A DNA stretch of 64,000 nucleotides, taken from positions 20,755-84,754 of the forward strand of contig CALUST010000024.1 in assembly GCA_944323505.1 (NCBI GenBank), given 5' to 3'. Origin of the DNA: an uncultured Bacteroidales bacterium (lineage in GTDB: Bacteria > Bacteroidota > Bacteroidia > Bacteroidales > UBA932). The first letter of the stretch is position 1. Every line of letters begins with the position of its first letter. The notes below the pieces were generated by a model. That model did no database searches. It was given only the letters and a program-made list of their open reading frames with translations, and was not told where the DNA came from. Below are positions 1 to 10,397 of the stretch, in pieces. Made by a program: the position numbers and the translations under genes.

Positions 1-115
1 ACGGAGCCAGGGACGCAGCAGATATTATCTCTGCCAGAGTCTCGTGAGAGACCTTTCTTGACGCGTCAAACTTCCTTATGCTGACGCGGTTTGCTAAGAT
101 ATCCTGAAATGTCAT
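1..115 (-). CDS. Nitroreductase family protein, N-terminal part (runs off the window edge)
   Basis: Hand translation from ATG at 115: MTFQDILANRVSIRKFDASRKVSHETLAEIISAASLAP, matching the nitroreductase N-terminal R.SIRKF...E.L.EII.AA..APS pattern. Not in the ORF track. Confidence 0.8.
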   Translation of the reverse strand, partial: MTFQDILANRVSIRKFDASRKVSHETLAEIISAASLAP

Positions 116-123
116 ATTAGAAT

Positions 124-155
124 AAAAAGCAAGACTGCCAAAATGACAGTCTTGC
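124..155 (-). terminator. Intrinsic terminator downstream of gapA
   Basis: Inverted repeat gcaagactg (129-137) / cagtcttgc (147-155); the A-run at 124-128 gives a U-tail on the minus strand. Confidence 0.7.
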
Positions 156-180
156 ATCATTATATCCGCATACTCCGGAA

Positions 181-1191
<1,011 letters not shown>

Positions 1192-1283
1192 TTAAAAGTA
1201 AACAATATTCTGTCTAATGTCCGTACCGTCGCCTTGCCGGCGTCCAGTCCCGTGACCGGAGGGGTACTTCTACAAAAACGGTG

Positions 1284-1291
1284 CAAAAATA
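1284..1291 (-). promoter_or_regulatory. Bacteroidetes sigma-A -7 element (TATTTTTG) for gapA
   Basis: Matches TAnnTTTG followed by CA, ~105 nt upstream of gapA in an AT-rich spacer. Confidence 0.65.
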
Positions 1292-1354
1292 GAAAAAATA
1301 ATGAATATTATATACTTTTTATCAAAAAATACTTTAAATAGCTCATTTCCAATG

Positions 1355-1402
1355 AGACAATGAGTGTGACCCAAAATGATTTCGGGTCACACTCTCTTGT
1401 CT
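1355..1402. terminator. Long hairpin at the 3' end of the PUL, probable terminator
   Basis: agacaa-tgagtgtgaccc / gggtcacactc-tcttgtct inverted repeat ~30 nt after the GH18 stop. The U-tail is better on the plus strand, so orientation is uncertain. Confidence 0.55.
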
Positions 1403-1430
1403 TTCTTCGAAAGATTGGACCCGTCAGGAT

Positions 1431-3230
1431 TCATTTGAGATAGGATGACATGACTGTGTCATAATTTGTCCCTTCAAATGTCACAGCAGGCGAGCCGGTA
1501 TATCCGAAGCCCTGCATGAACATCGGGAAGTCCTGCAGATAGAGATTGGTGTTCGGACTGTCTTTCCAGACATCAGGCACATACTGCAGATTGAAGCAGA
1601 TGACAGACTCGTAGCCATATCGCGCCTGGTTGGCCAGTGTAGCCGAGATTTCTTCTATCCTTCCCTCTGTGTCGGAGTCATAAGCGCGTTGCCAGTACTT
1701 GGCCATGTGCTGTATATTGCCGAGCTGGCCAATCTCCAGGCTCATCTCGAAAGCCGCCAGCCCGTACTTCTGCTTTGCAAGTTCTTCCGTAAGACCTGCT
1801 ATCGGCATATTGTCATAGTCCTGGCCGCTGCTCCCGACACCTACCTGGTCATGCCTGTCGCCCCTCGCATAGTTTGCATTCCAGATATAGTCGAATATCT
1901 CGCCTGCCTTTATCTGCGCTATCTCTTCAAGAACAGGCTCATTGGCAGGATCTGACACCCACTCTTTCACCGACCTCATATCAGCGGTTATCCTGTCGTC
2001 GTCCCATTTGGAGGAGCCGGCCTTGCTGCCGTTCCTGATGATGTCGAAGTTGTTGCTGAACAGGCACCATCCTCCCCCGCCTGTGAGGGCGTTGGTACTA
2101 GGGCCGATATTATAGAGGGTGATGAGATTGTGCCTGTCTTTCCATGCCTGGCCTTCCACCACCGGCATCAGGTCCCTCAAGGCCTTGATGAAGAAATGGA
2201 AACTTCCCATCTGCACCATAGGGCGGCCTGGCTGCTCGCTTTCCGGCGTGGTAGGATAATCGGCATATTCATCATCGAACATCACCCCGTCGAGCCCGTA
2301 TTCCTGCACGGCATCATACACCTCCTTGGCGAAGTCAGTTATCATCTTCCTGTCCCCGCTGATATCCATGTTGGAGAAGCCGATGGCCTGATGGTTCGGC
2401 ATGACAGACAGGAGGACCTTGATGCCCTTGTCCTGCAGCGGTGTGATGAAAATATCCCTGTTGTCAAGCACTCTTCTGATATTGTCATTGAAGTAGAGCT
2501 CCGGCGAGGAGGTGTATTCGTTGAAGTTCATATTGGCAGAGAACAGCACCACCATGTCGAAGAGAGGCCTCTTCGTCTGAGGAGAATCCGTCCCGTCAGG
2601 ATAAAGCATGTAATTGCCTGCATTGCGTATGTCGTTTTCGGCAGCCTCTACGATAGCCACGAACCTCGGCTGGGTGACAGACGGTTCACGGTCGAGCCAT
2701 GACATGTCTATGTCCGAGGCAGGGATATTGACGACCTCGACATACTGTACCCCTATCTCCTTCTCATCTGACATGAGGACCAGAGGAAGCACATAGGTCC
2801 CTGTCGGAGGATTGATGACAGACACAGTGACATCCGCCTTTTCCTTGTCTGGTGACAGGGTCACCGTCACAGGCAACGTATAACATTCTGACGGAAGCAG
2901 GGAGAATATGTCTGCGTCCTTGTAGTCAGCATATTTCTTTACCATCCCGGCAAGGACATCAGCATCATCCACGAATGTTGCGGTAAACGACTCGTGCATA
3001 CCCTTCCCCTGGCGCAGTTCAAACACCATGTCGCTGCCCTGCCATCTGTGAGCAATCCCGGATTCCTCGCCGGGATAGACGAATGTCGGGGCTGCAGTCA
3101 CTGCCGACACCCCCTCCTGAGGCAGGTCAGCCTCCAGAGGCTCAGGTTCGCACCCGTTCAGAAGCGGGACCGCAATTAGCGGCAGAAGGGCGAAAAACTT
3201 TCCGGTAATATCTTTAATCATATTTTTCAT
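1431..3230 (-). CDS. Surface lipoprotein: DUF1735-like N-terminal domain plus GH18 endo-beta-N-acetylglucosaminidase (EndoH/EndoBT-3987-like)
   Basis: Lipobox LLNG|C; FDMVVLFSANMN; LQDKGIKVLLSV; intact catalytic motif YGLDGVMFDDEY (D-x-E at 2276-2268). Confidence 0.85.
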   Translation of the reverse strand: MKNMIKDITGKFFALLPLIAVPLLNGCEPEPLEADLPQEGVSAVTAAPTFVYPGEESGIAHRWQGSDMVFELRQGKGMHESFTATFVDDADVLAGMVKKYADYKDADIFSLLPSECYTLPVTVTLSPDKEKADVTVSVINPPTGTYVLPLVLMSDEKEIGVQYVEVVNIPASDIDMSWLDREPSVTQPRFVAIVEAAENDIRNAGNYMLYPDGTDSPQTKRPLFDMVVLFSANMNFNEYTSSPELYFNDNIRRVLDNRDIFITPLQDKGIKVLLSVMPNHQAIGFSNMDISGDRKMITDFAKEVYDAVQEYGLDGVMFDDEYADYPTTPESEQPGRPMVQMGSFHFFIKALRDLMPVVEGQAWKDRHNLITLYNIGPSTNALTGGGGWCLFSNNFDIIRNGSKAGSSKWDDDRITADMRSVKEWVSDPANEPVLEEIAQIKAGEIFDYIWNANYARGDRHDQVGVGSSGQDYDNMPIAGLTEELAKQKYGLAAFEMSLEIGQLGNIQHMAKYWQRAYDSDTEGRIEEISATLANQARYGYESVICFNLQYVPDVWKDSPNTNLYLQDFPMFMQGFGYTGSPAVTFEGTNYDTVMSSYLK

Positions 3231-3232
3231 GA

Positions 3233-4603
3233 TTATCTCAAATTAATGTCTATATCATTGTTGATGACTACCGTCGGTACGGCATCCGCGTTCGCCGCTC
3301 CCTGACGTGCTACTGTGATGTCATTCCCATGTCCGCTGACATCCTCTATCATCTTGTTTCCGGAGCCTGCCATGGCCTCGTTCATCTTCCAGTAGGCAAC
3401 GAGCTGGTTTCTCACAGCATTCATGTCCGAAAGATCCAGTGCATTGTCCCTGAGTTGGGAGGAAGTACGGGCGACATTCCACACCCTCACTTCGGACATC
3501 ATGCCGTTGAAGCCTCTCCATTGGTTGAATGACTGGCCGAGATGGAACCTGCCGTCAGTAGACAGGCTGATGACGCCGGATTTCTCGGTTGAGAACCTTT
3601 CCCTGCCGTTCACATAGAATCCGACGGACGTTCCGTCATACGTCAGGGCGATATGGTACCATTGTTTTTCACGGAATGTATAGTCAATGATATATTTGCT
3701 TCCTCCGAGTATGAGCTGGAGCCTGTCCGGATTGATGGAGGCATCTCCGAATCTGAGAAGGAAATTGCATGAGCCGCCTTCGTAGCCCCAGACTGACGAG
3801 ATGCCGGCAAGCGTGCTGTTGCCTCTCTCTGTGTCATCTTTGAATGAATCCACATAGATGAGTCCCTCCAATGTGAATTCAGCCATATCTGCCATATCAT
3901 CCGTAGACAAGGTGTAATAGAGATTGTTGCGGTTGATTCCAAGATCGACTCCATTCGCGTCAAGGGCATTGTCCCCGGACATAGGTCTGAAGTCCGCCGC
4001 ACCGGCAAGGGCTCCCGAGCCTCCTCTGCGTTTGACATGGATGTAGAGCAGCGAGTTGCTCTCTTCAATCACGAATCCCTGCTCCTCACCCGGACCGAGG
4101 ATAAGAAGATAGTCCTTGTCGGCTTCAAGAGCAGAACTGTTGACTATTCTGACAAGAGCGCGGCTTACGGCCGTCTGGCCTCCTGTCTCGATGCTTATGA
4201 TGTCCGTCATCAGACGGTATGCCCCTTCAGGAAGCGGTGATACGGCATATCCGTATGCATCTTCATAAGCCTGATACAGTTCCTGCCCGTCCCTGACCCC
4301 GACAATGAAGTTACAGTCCCTGAGGCTTCTGCCGTCATCAATCCTTGCCGACATGGTTATATCCTTGATCTGTCCGACAGGCTGTGCCGCAGAAAAGATG
4401 ACATCGACAGGTGTTGCCGTGACCGGAGTACCGGCCTCGTCAGCATCTGTCATATTGAGAAAGACCATTGTCTGGTCCCCGACAGTCACGGGAGCGACAG
4501 TGGTATCCGGCCCGAACAGTTTCTCCCCGAACTGGTCAGTACACCCTGCCAGGAGAGCCAGAGCAGGAAGAATGCCGATTATTGTCTTTAAAATATGTCT
4601 CAT
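3233..4603 (-). CDS. PUL lipoprotein with DUF1735 and LamG/concanavalin-like domains (surface glycan-binding protein, BT3986-like)
   Basis: Lipobox LLAG|C after MRHILK (start moved from 4645 to 4603); LamG motifs QWYHIALTYDG, FYVNG, FNGMMSEVRVWNVART, LVAYWKMNE. Confidence 0.8.
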   Translation of the reverse strand: MRHILKTIIGILPALALLAGCTDQFGEKLFGPDTTVAPVTVGDQTMVFLNMTDADEAGTPVTATPVDVIFSAAQPVGQIKDITMSARIDDGRSLRDCNFIVGVRDGQELYQAYEDAYGYAVSPLPEGAYRLMTDIISIETGGQTAVSRALVRIVNSSALEADKDYLLILGPGEEQGFVIEESNSLLYIHVKRRGGSGALAGAADFRPMSGDNALDANGVDLGINRNNLYYTLSTDDMADMAEFTLEGLIYVDSFKDDTERGNSTLAGISSVWGYEGGSCNFLLRFGDASINPDRLQLILGGSKYIIDYTFREKQWYHIALTYDGTSVGFYVNGRERFSTEKSGVISLSTDGRFHLGQSFNQWRGFNGMMSEVRVWNVARTSSQLRDNALDLSDMNAVRNQLVAYWKMNEAMAGSGNKMIEDVSGHGNDITVARQGAANADAVPTVVINNDIDINLR

Positions 4604-4649
4604 GATATAATCTCGATTTATAACGTGGTGTCGTATTTTCAGCATACGC

Positions 4650-5696
4650 TCATTTCAACTGGAGATATTGGATTGTCTTCCTCAGGACAGGATATCCGTT
4701 GCCTGCATCACCCAGGGTCCTGACCGCCATCCCGCCAGCAGGGTCTCCGCCGGAAGGGTTCCACAAGGCCAGGGTCTTATATTTCGGGTCGGAAAGAGGC
4801 TGGGAAGAGATGACATCCGGGTACGGGGTCTCATATTCACTGTCTTCCAGAGAAATATAGACAAGATACCGCTCAGGCGAGAAGGTGCCGTAACGGCAGA
4901 GCCTGTCGTATTCATCCTGATATGAAGAGATACGGTCCTGCGCCACCGTCGTGCTGATGATGTAGTCAAACCTGTCAAGACCTGAGGCGAAATAGTCGGG
5001 ATTGCCCTCCAGCAGCAGAAGTCCGTCCGAGGCCTCGGCCTTGCCGATGGCGGACTCTATGATTCCCCTGTAGAAATCATCAGGCACCGTATTTATCTTG
5101 AAAAGAATCCCGTCATATCCGTATTCCCCGACTACGGCTGTCAAATCATCGGAAAGAGCGGACATAAGCCCGGAATATTCCGTGTGCACCTTGTCCACCT
5201 CCGCTGCAATGGCTGCCTCCAGTTCATCATCTGTAGGAGAGCCGTCAGGGTCTTCAGCCAGTGCATCTTCATACGCCTTGTCCTCGCCGTCAATCTCTGC
5301 CTGCAGCATGGCTTCCGAATATGCAGCGGCATATCCGTCGAGGTCAGCAGCTATTATGACCCTGGTACCTTTTGTCTCACGGACAGACTGCAGGTCGACC
5401 TTATGCGCCTCGGAGAGGTCGGCATAGCCGTCCATCACTACAACCATGTCGAGACTGTCCGGCAGATTGCTGAGATATGCTCCAGCATTCCCGTCTGCTG
5501 TCCAGGACTGGAGCCATGTCAATGAGACAGGATGGTCTGTCGCCTTGAAAGCCCTTACGGCGGCATAATCCTTCACTGCGCCGTTGACCTGCATCTCTAT
5601 CGGACTGACCTCGGTGCAGGAAAGGACAGCAGCAACTCCTGCCGCAATCAAGGCCGGAGCCGTCAAATATCTTATAATCCTTATCATTTCTGTCAT
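4650..5696 (-). CDS. DUF4849-type GH18-like lipoprotein, probably catalytically inactive (BT3985-like)
   Basis: Lipobox VLS|C; LSNLPDSLDMVV; ETKGTRVII. The catalytic strand reads YGYDGILFKIN, with no D-x-E. Confidence 0.7.
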   Translation of the reverse strand: MTEMIRIIRYLTAPALIAAGVAAVLSCTEVSPIEMQVNGAVKDYAAVRAFKATDHPVSLTWLQSWTADGNAGAYLSNLPDSLDMVVVMDGYADLSEAHKVDLQSVRETKGTRVIIAADLDGYAAAYSEAMLQAEIDGEDKAYEDALAEDPDGSPTDDELEAAIAAEVDKVHTEYSGLMSALSDDLTAVVGEYGYDGILFKINTVPDDFYRGIIESAIGKAEASDGLLLLEGNPDYFASGLDRFDYIISTTVAQDRISSYQDEYDRLCRYGTFSPERYLVYISLEDSEYETPYPDVISSQPLSDPKYKTLALWNPSGGDPAGGMAVRTLGDAGNGYPVLRKTIQYLQLK

Positions 5697-5721
5697 TTTT
5701 AAATTATGTCCCGGTCTTCAT

Positions 5722-7311
5722 TTATCTTTTTCTTGCCCACCATACATCCGTATTCGGATTGTCGGCGTTTCCGAGGTCTTCCGCAGCGATTGCATTGGCA
5801 TATTCGCTATTGACATCGTACTCCACCGGAGGCAGAGGATAGCGGCGATAGCCATGAATGTCCGCCCCGGAGGCATCCCGGCCAATGTTGGTGACTTCGT
5901 GATTGTAGTCGATTGCCGGAAGCAGGTTCGGATAGCCGGTCCTGCGCCATTCCGCCCAGGCCTCGGCACTGCCGTATGGGAACATGGCGATATATTTCTG
6001 GGTGATGATCTGCGCCAGGTTCTTTGCCGGGTCGTCGCTCCACTTGACAGTGACATCAGATGAGAAAGACGGGTCATTGAACTTCGGGTTCTGGCTGTCA
6101 GCAAATCCTCCCCTTGTCGCTGTACAGGACATATAATCCCCCATCTGGACGTCATGCATTGCCATCGACAGGGATATGCCCTCATTATAGAGCGATTCTG
6201 CATCGCCGCCCATATTCCATTGCCTCAACGCTCCCTCCGCCTTGAGGAAGGCGACTTCCGATGCAGTCATCCATACCACCGGGTCGGACTCTGACACTAT
6301 AGGCTGAGAATAGATTGCAGTACCGATGAGGGTCTCCTTAGAAGGCAAGACCACTCCTGAACGCAGCCCGAACCATTTGTCATCCCCTCCTCTTGTAGTT
6401 GTCTCGAAATAGGCCTCTCTCCTTGGATCGCCGTATGCGTTCATATACGCGATTATATCTGCTCCGCATCTGGTATCTCCCCAGTTACGGCTCATCTTAT
6501 AGAAAGGATTGTCGGCTGTCGGTTTCATCGCATTGTCCGCATTTGACACTATGACGCCATCTGTCACAGCCTCCTCAGCCCATCTGCGGGCCTCTTCCGG
6601 GAGTTGCGCCGACACCCTGACGGCAAGCCTGAGTTTAAGGGAATTGGCAAATCTCACCCATTTCTGTACATCTCCGGAATAGACATCGTCCTGTGTGGTC
6701 CACGCCGTTCTCTCCATATTCGTCAAATTGGCGGAAGACAAGGTGGCGGCAGCCCATGTCAGGTCATCGATCATAGAGCGGTAGGCCTCTTCCTGTGTCT
6801 GATATGGCTTCTGGGCATCCGAGCCAGAGAAGTCATAAGGTACAGGCCCGTACATATCCGAGATTCTGTGCATTATGGCCACTTTCAGGATTGTGCCCCA
6901 GGCATAGAAGACATTCCCTTTGTCAGCATTTGTGTCGAGACTGAGGGAGTTGTACTGGTTGATGACTCTCGGAAGCGACTGCTGGTCAGTGAACGGGTAT
7001 TCTATGAAACTGATATTGTAATTGAAGCATCCGAAATCTTCAAAATTGGTCTGTCCCATATAACCTGAAAGGCTTTCGCATCCGAGGCTCATCGCGTACT
7101 GGAAGAGATTCTCCTGCAAAGGGATCACAATCCCGGCAAGTACGCTGCAGTCATTGGCGAGTTTTTCTTCCGTCCCCCCTGATGCCAGCACCTCGTCCGT
7201 CACACCGTAAGGATTGGTGTTGTAGTCGAGGAAATTGACAGTGCAACTGCACAGGAGCACAGATATGGCCAATACCGGTATCTTTATGATATTAATATCT
7301 TTCATTTCCAT
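5722..7311 (-). CDS. susD: SusD/RagB-family glycan-binding lipoprotein
   Basis: Lipobox LLCS|C; YNTNP; RISDMYGPVPY; KWVRFANSLKLRLAVR; AQIITQKYIAMFP; EAWAEWRRTGYP; directly after susC. Confidence 0.92.
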   Translation of the reverse strand: MEMKDINIIKIPVLAISVLLCSCTVNFLDYNTNPYGVTDEVLASGGTEEKLANDCSVLAGIVIPLQENLFQYAMSLGCESLSGYMGQTNFEDFGCFNYNISFIEYPFTDQQSLPRVINQYNSLSLDTNADKGNVFYAWGTILKVAIMHRISDMYGPVPYDFSGSDAQKPYQTQEEAYRSMIDDLTWAAATLSSANLTNMERTAWTTQDDVYSGDVQKWVRFANSLKLRLAVRVSAQLPEEARRWAEEAVTDGVIVSNADNAMKPTADNPFYKMSRNWGDTRCGADIIAYMNAYGDPRREAYFETTTRGGDDKWFGLRSGVVLPSKETLIGTAIYSQPIVSESDPVVWMTASEVAFLKAEGALRQWNMGGDAESLYNEGISLSMAMHDVQMGDYMSCTATRGGFADSQNPKFNDPSFSSDVTVKWSDDPAKNLAQIITQKYIAMFPYGSAEAWAEWRRTGYPNLLPAIDYNHEVTNIGRDASGADIHGYRRYPLPPVEYDVNSEYANAIAAEDLGNADNPNTDVWWARKR

Positions 7312-7319
7312 ATCGATTA

Positions 7320-10300
7320 TCAGAATTTCAATTTGATGTTGAAGCCTACACTTCTGGTGGAAGGAAGCATGAAATAGTCCACGCCCTGACCGTAGTTGCC
7401 GGTAGATGCGATGGTCTCAGGGTCGAACGGAGCCTTGCACCAGAGCATCAGGAGATTCTTCCCGACAATGGAGACACTGATGTCAAGCACGTTGCCCAGC
7501 CATTTCCTCGGTATATCGTATGATATATAAGCCTCACGCAGCCTGATGTTGGATGCGCTGTAGGTATAATACTGTGAAAGCCAGTTCTGTGGGTCGGCCT
7601 GCAACTGATAATAGGTGCGGGCAGGCACAAGGATTCCTTCTCCTGTCATCACGCCTCCGGCGGACCTTGCATCAGCAGTGGTCTTCGACACGCCGGAATA
7701 GTCCATCGCAGCCTGCGTACCCGACAGCACGATACCGCCGAGCCTTGCCGAGAATGTGAACCCGAATCCGAAGTTGCCTGCACGGAAATCATTCCTCCAT
7801 CCGAGATTGGCATCCGGCAGGAGGCTTCCGAGTTTCTGGTACTCTGCGAGAGTCCCAGGATCCTTGGAGACGTCGATGTTGCCATACGCATCCCTCGAAA
7901 AGTCCGTCCTTGCATAAATGTCGCCGAGAGTACCGCCTGGACGGAGTATAATCTGTGCATTGCCGAATGTGTCCTTAAGCAGTTCATCCTCTTTGAAAAG
8001 CGGCTCAGACGGATTCTGAGGGTTGCGGACATTGGCGACCAGTTCCACAATCTCGTTCCTGTTCCAGCTGTAGGTGAAGAAAGTGTTCCATGAGAACTTG
8101 TCCCCGGCCTCCACCGTGCCTCCGAGAGCGAGTTCTACACCTTCATTCAACACATTACCGGTCTGCACATACGTATAGTTGTATCCTGATGACGCCGACA
8201 TTGCTGCACGTATGGTCTGATTGTATGTGTTGGTCCTGTAGTATGTCGCATCGAATGTCAGTCTGTTCAGAAGCCATTTTGTCGAGAGTCCCACCTCATA
8301 GGAATTGGTGCGCTCAGGCTGCAGGTCCTTCAGCGGGTAGAAACCGTCCTTCACCCATTTCTTGTCATTCTGGTTGAATGTGTTCATCTGGACGGTAAGT
8401 CCCCTCTGGAAAGGAGAGGCGACCTGGGCAAAGGCGAGACGCACCTTTGCAAAAGAAAGCACGTTGTAAATCTTCTCCTTGGTCGCCGCCGGAAGCATAT
8501 CCGTGACTATGCCGGAAAGTCCGACAGACGGATAGAAGAATGACTTGTGCGCTGACCCGGCCAGTTGTGAGGCCCAGTCATTCCTGCCTGTCACTGTCAG
8601 ATAGAGCATCCTCTTCCAATTAAGTTCCACGCTGCCGAATACGGACTGGGTCTCCTCATGCCAGCCGGACTGGTAGAACTGCGACTTCTGCGCTCCCTGG
8701 TCTATGTTCTGGACATTGAACACATTAGGGATGCCGTCGCTTCTCAGAGGGCCCTGATTGACTGTGCCGTCATTAATCTGGCTGTTGAGGGATGCACCCA
8801 CATTGGCTGCAAGGCCGAAATTGCGGCCGAGGTTCTTGTTGAAATTGACGAGCAGGTCAAGGTAGTTCTGCATATCGTACCAGTTGTTCTGACCGTAGAA
8901 GCCGTTCTTGGTACCGCCGTCCATGATTGTGGCGACGGTGCCGACATATCTCTTGTCCTTGAACTCGTTGTCTGTACGGTCAATCCTGTACCTCATACCT
9001 ATGTCAAGTTTCTCGGAAGAAGACCACTCCTTGATGGTATATGAAAGCCCGAACGACACTATGAAACGTTTGCGTTTGTTCGTTCTGAGGTTACGGTAGG
9101 CAACCCAATACGGATTCTGCATCGTGTATTCGCCCTGAGGGAAGAAACTCGATGTCAATATCCCCCTCTCCTCGTCCCACTGCTCAAAATATCCGGCCTG
9201 GTTCCAGTCCATTCCGCGAGGGAAGAGATATGCTCCGACTATCGGGTTCATATATTCACCCTGGTTGACCATGTTCTGGTCGCGCTGGATGATGTACTGT
9301 GCACCGATATCCATCCTGAGTCTCCCGTCAAATACGGATGTGGTGTTCCTCAGCGTGAGATTGTACCTGTCGTACACATTGTTCGGCACAAGACCGTTGG
9401 CATTGGTCGCAGCGACCGAGGCATACGTCTGGCTGCGGTCGTTACCCATCGAGACTGACAGTGAATTGGTGTATGTCGCGGCAGTCTCATAGAAGTCCGC
9501 CGGCTCATAGCCTGTAGAAGGCTGGGCGGCACCCCAGCTGACAGCATCACCAGGGTCACTGCCCCAGGTGTTCTGGAACTCCGGCATGACAAACGGTGCG
9601 GCAAATTCCATGGAAGTAGTGAATGTGGCCTCGACCTTGCCTTCCTTGCCTTTCTTGGTGGTTATGAGTATCGCGCCGTTGGCGGCTGCCGAACCGTAGA
9701 GGGCGGCTGCCGATGCTCCCGTGAGCACGGTCATCGACTCGATGTCGTCAGGATTGAGATCCGCGATGCCTTCGGTCGTACCCTGTGATGAATAACGTCC
9801 TGAGCCCTGTGTCCCGACACTGTTGTACATCGGCACACCGTCTATGACGTAGAGGGCGTTGTTGCTTCCCTCGATGGATTTGGTACCGCGCATGACCACC
9901 TTTGAAGCACCTCCGATGCCGGAGGAACTGCCCTGGATGGTCACACCTGCCACCTTGCCGACAAGACTGTTGACAAGATTGGCGTCCTTGACCCTCGTGA
10001 GTTCGTCAGCATCCACTGTCTGCGTGTTGTAGGACAGGGCTTTCTCCTGCCTCTTGATGCCGAGGGCAGTCACCACGACAGCATCTATCTCCTGCATCTC
10101 CTGCTGCATCTGCACATCGATACGAGCAACTCCGGCAGTCACTGTCCTTGTCGCCGTGACATAGCCGATGGAAGAGAATTCGAGCACGGCACCTTCTGCC
10201 ACAGTGATGGAATAGTTTCCGTCTATGTCAGCCATGGTCCCGTTCATGGTCCCCTGCTCCATTATGCTGGCCAGGACAGGAGCCCCGTCCTGCAGGTCAG

Positions 10301-10394
10301 TCACTGTACCCGTGACTGTTATGGTCTGCGCCCACCCTGCTGTGCAGAAGCACGTCAGGGCAAGCAATATGGTTAATAGTCTGTTCATGAGCAA
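7320..10394 (-). CDS. susC: SusC/RagA-family TonB-dependent receptor
   Basis: Signal peptide AGWA|Q; VVVTALGI; plug motifs NNALYVIDGVP and LNPDDIESMTVLTGASAAALYGSAAANGAILITTKKG; ends in F. Confidence 0.95.
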   Translation of the reverse strand: MLMNRLLTILLALTCFCTAGWAQTITVTGTVTDLQDGAPVLASIMEQGTMNGTMADIDGNYSITVAEGAVLEFSSIGYVTATRTVTAGVARIDVQMQQEMQEIDAVVVTALGIKRQEKALSYNTQTVDADELTRVKDANLVNSLVGKVAGVTIQGSSSGIGGASKVVMRGTKSIEGSNNALYVIDGVPMYNSVGTQGSGRYSSQGTTEGIADLNPDDIESMTVLTGASAAALYGSAAANGAILITTKKGKEGKVEATFTTSMEFAAPFVMPEFQNTWGSDPGDAVSWGAAQPSTGYEPADFYETAATYTNSLSVSMGNDRSQTYASVAATNANGLVPNNVYDRYNLTLRNTTSVFDGRLRMDIGAQYIIQRDQNMVNQGEYMNPIVGAYLFPRGMDWNQAGYFEQWDEERGILTSSFFPQGEYTMQNPYWVAYRNLRTNKRKRFIVSFGLSYTIKEWSSSEKLDIGMRYRIDRTDNEFKDKRYVGTVATIMDGGTKNGFYGQNNWYDMQNYLDLLVNFNKNLGRNFGLAANVGASLNSQINDGTVNQGPLRSDGIPNVFNVQNIDQGAQKSQFYQSGWHEETQSVFGSVELNWKRMLYLTVTGRNDWASQLAGSAHKSFFYPSVGLSGIVTDMLPAATKEKIYNVLSFAKVRLAFAQVASPFQRGLTVQMNTFNQNDKKWVKDGFYPLKDLQPERTNSYEVGLSTKWLLNRLTFDATYYRTNTYNQTIRAAMSASSGYNYTYVQTGNVLNEGVELALGGTVEAGDKFSWNTFFTYSWNRNEIVELVANVRNPQNPSEPLFKEDELLKDTFGNAQIILRPGGTLGDIYARTDFSRDAYGNIDVSKDPGTLAEYQKLGSLLPDANLGWRNDFRAGNFGFGFTFSARLGGIVLSGTQAAMDYSGVSKTTADARSAGGVMTGEGILVPARTYYQLQADPQNWLSQYYTYSASNIRLREAYISYDIPRKWLGNVLDISVSIVGKNLLMLWCKAPFDPETIASTGNYGQGVDYFMLPSTRSVGFNIKLKF

Positions 10395-10397
10395 TGT

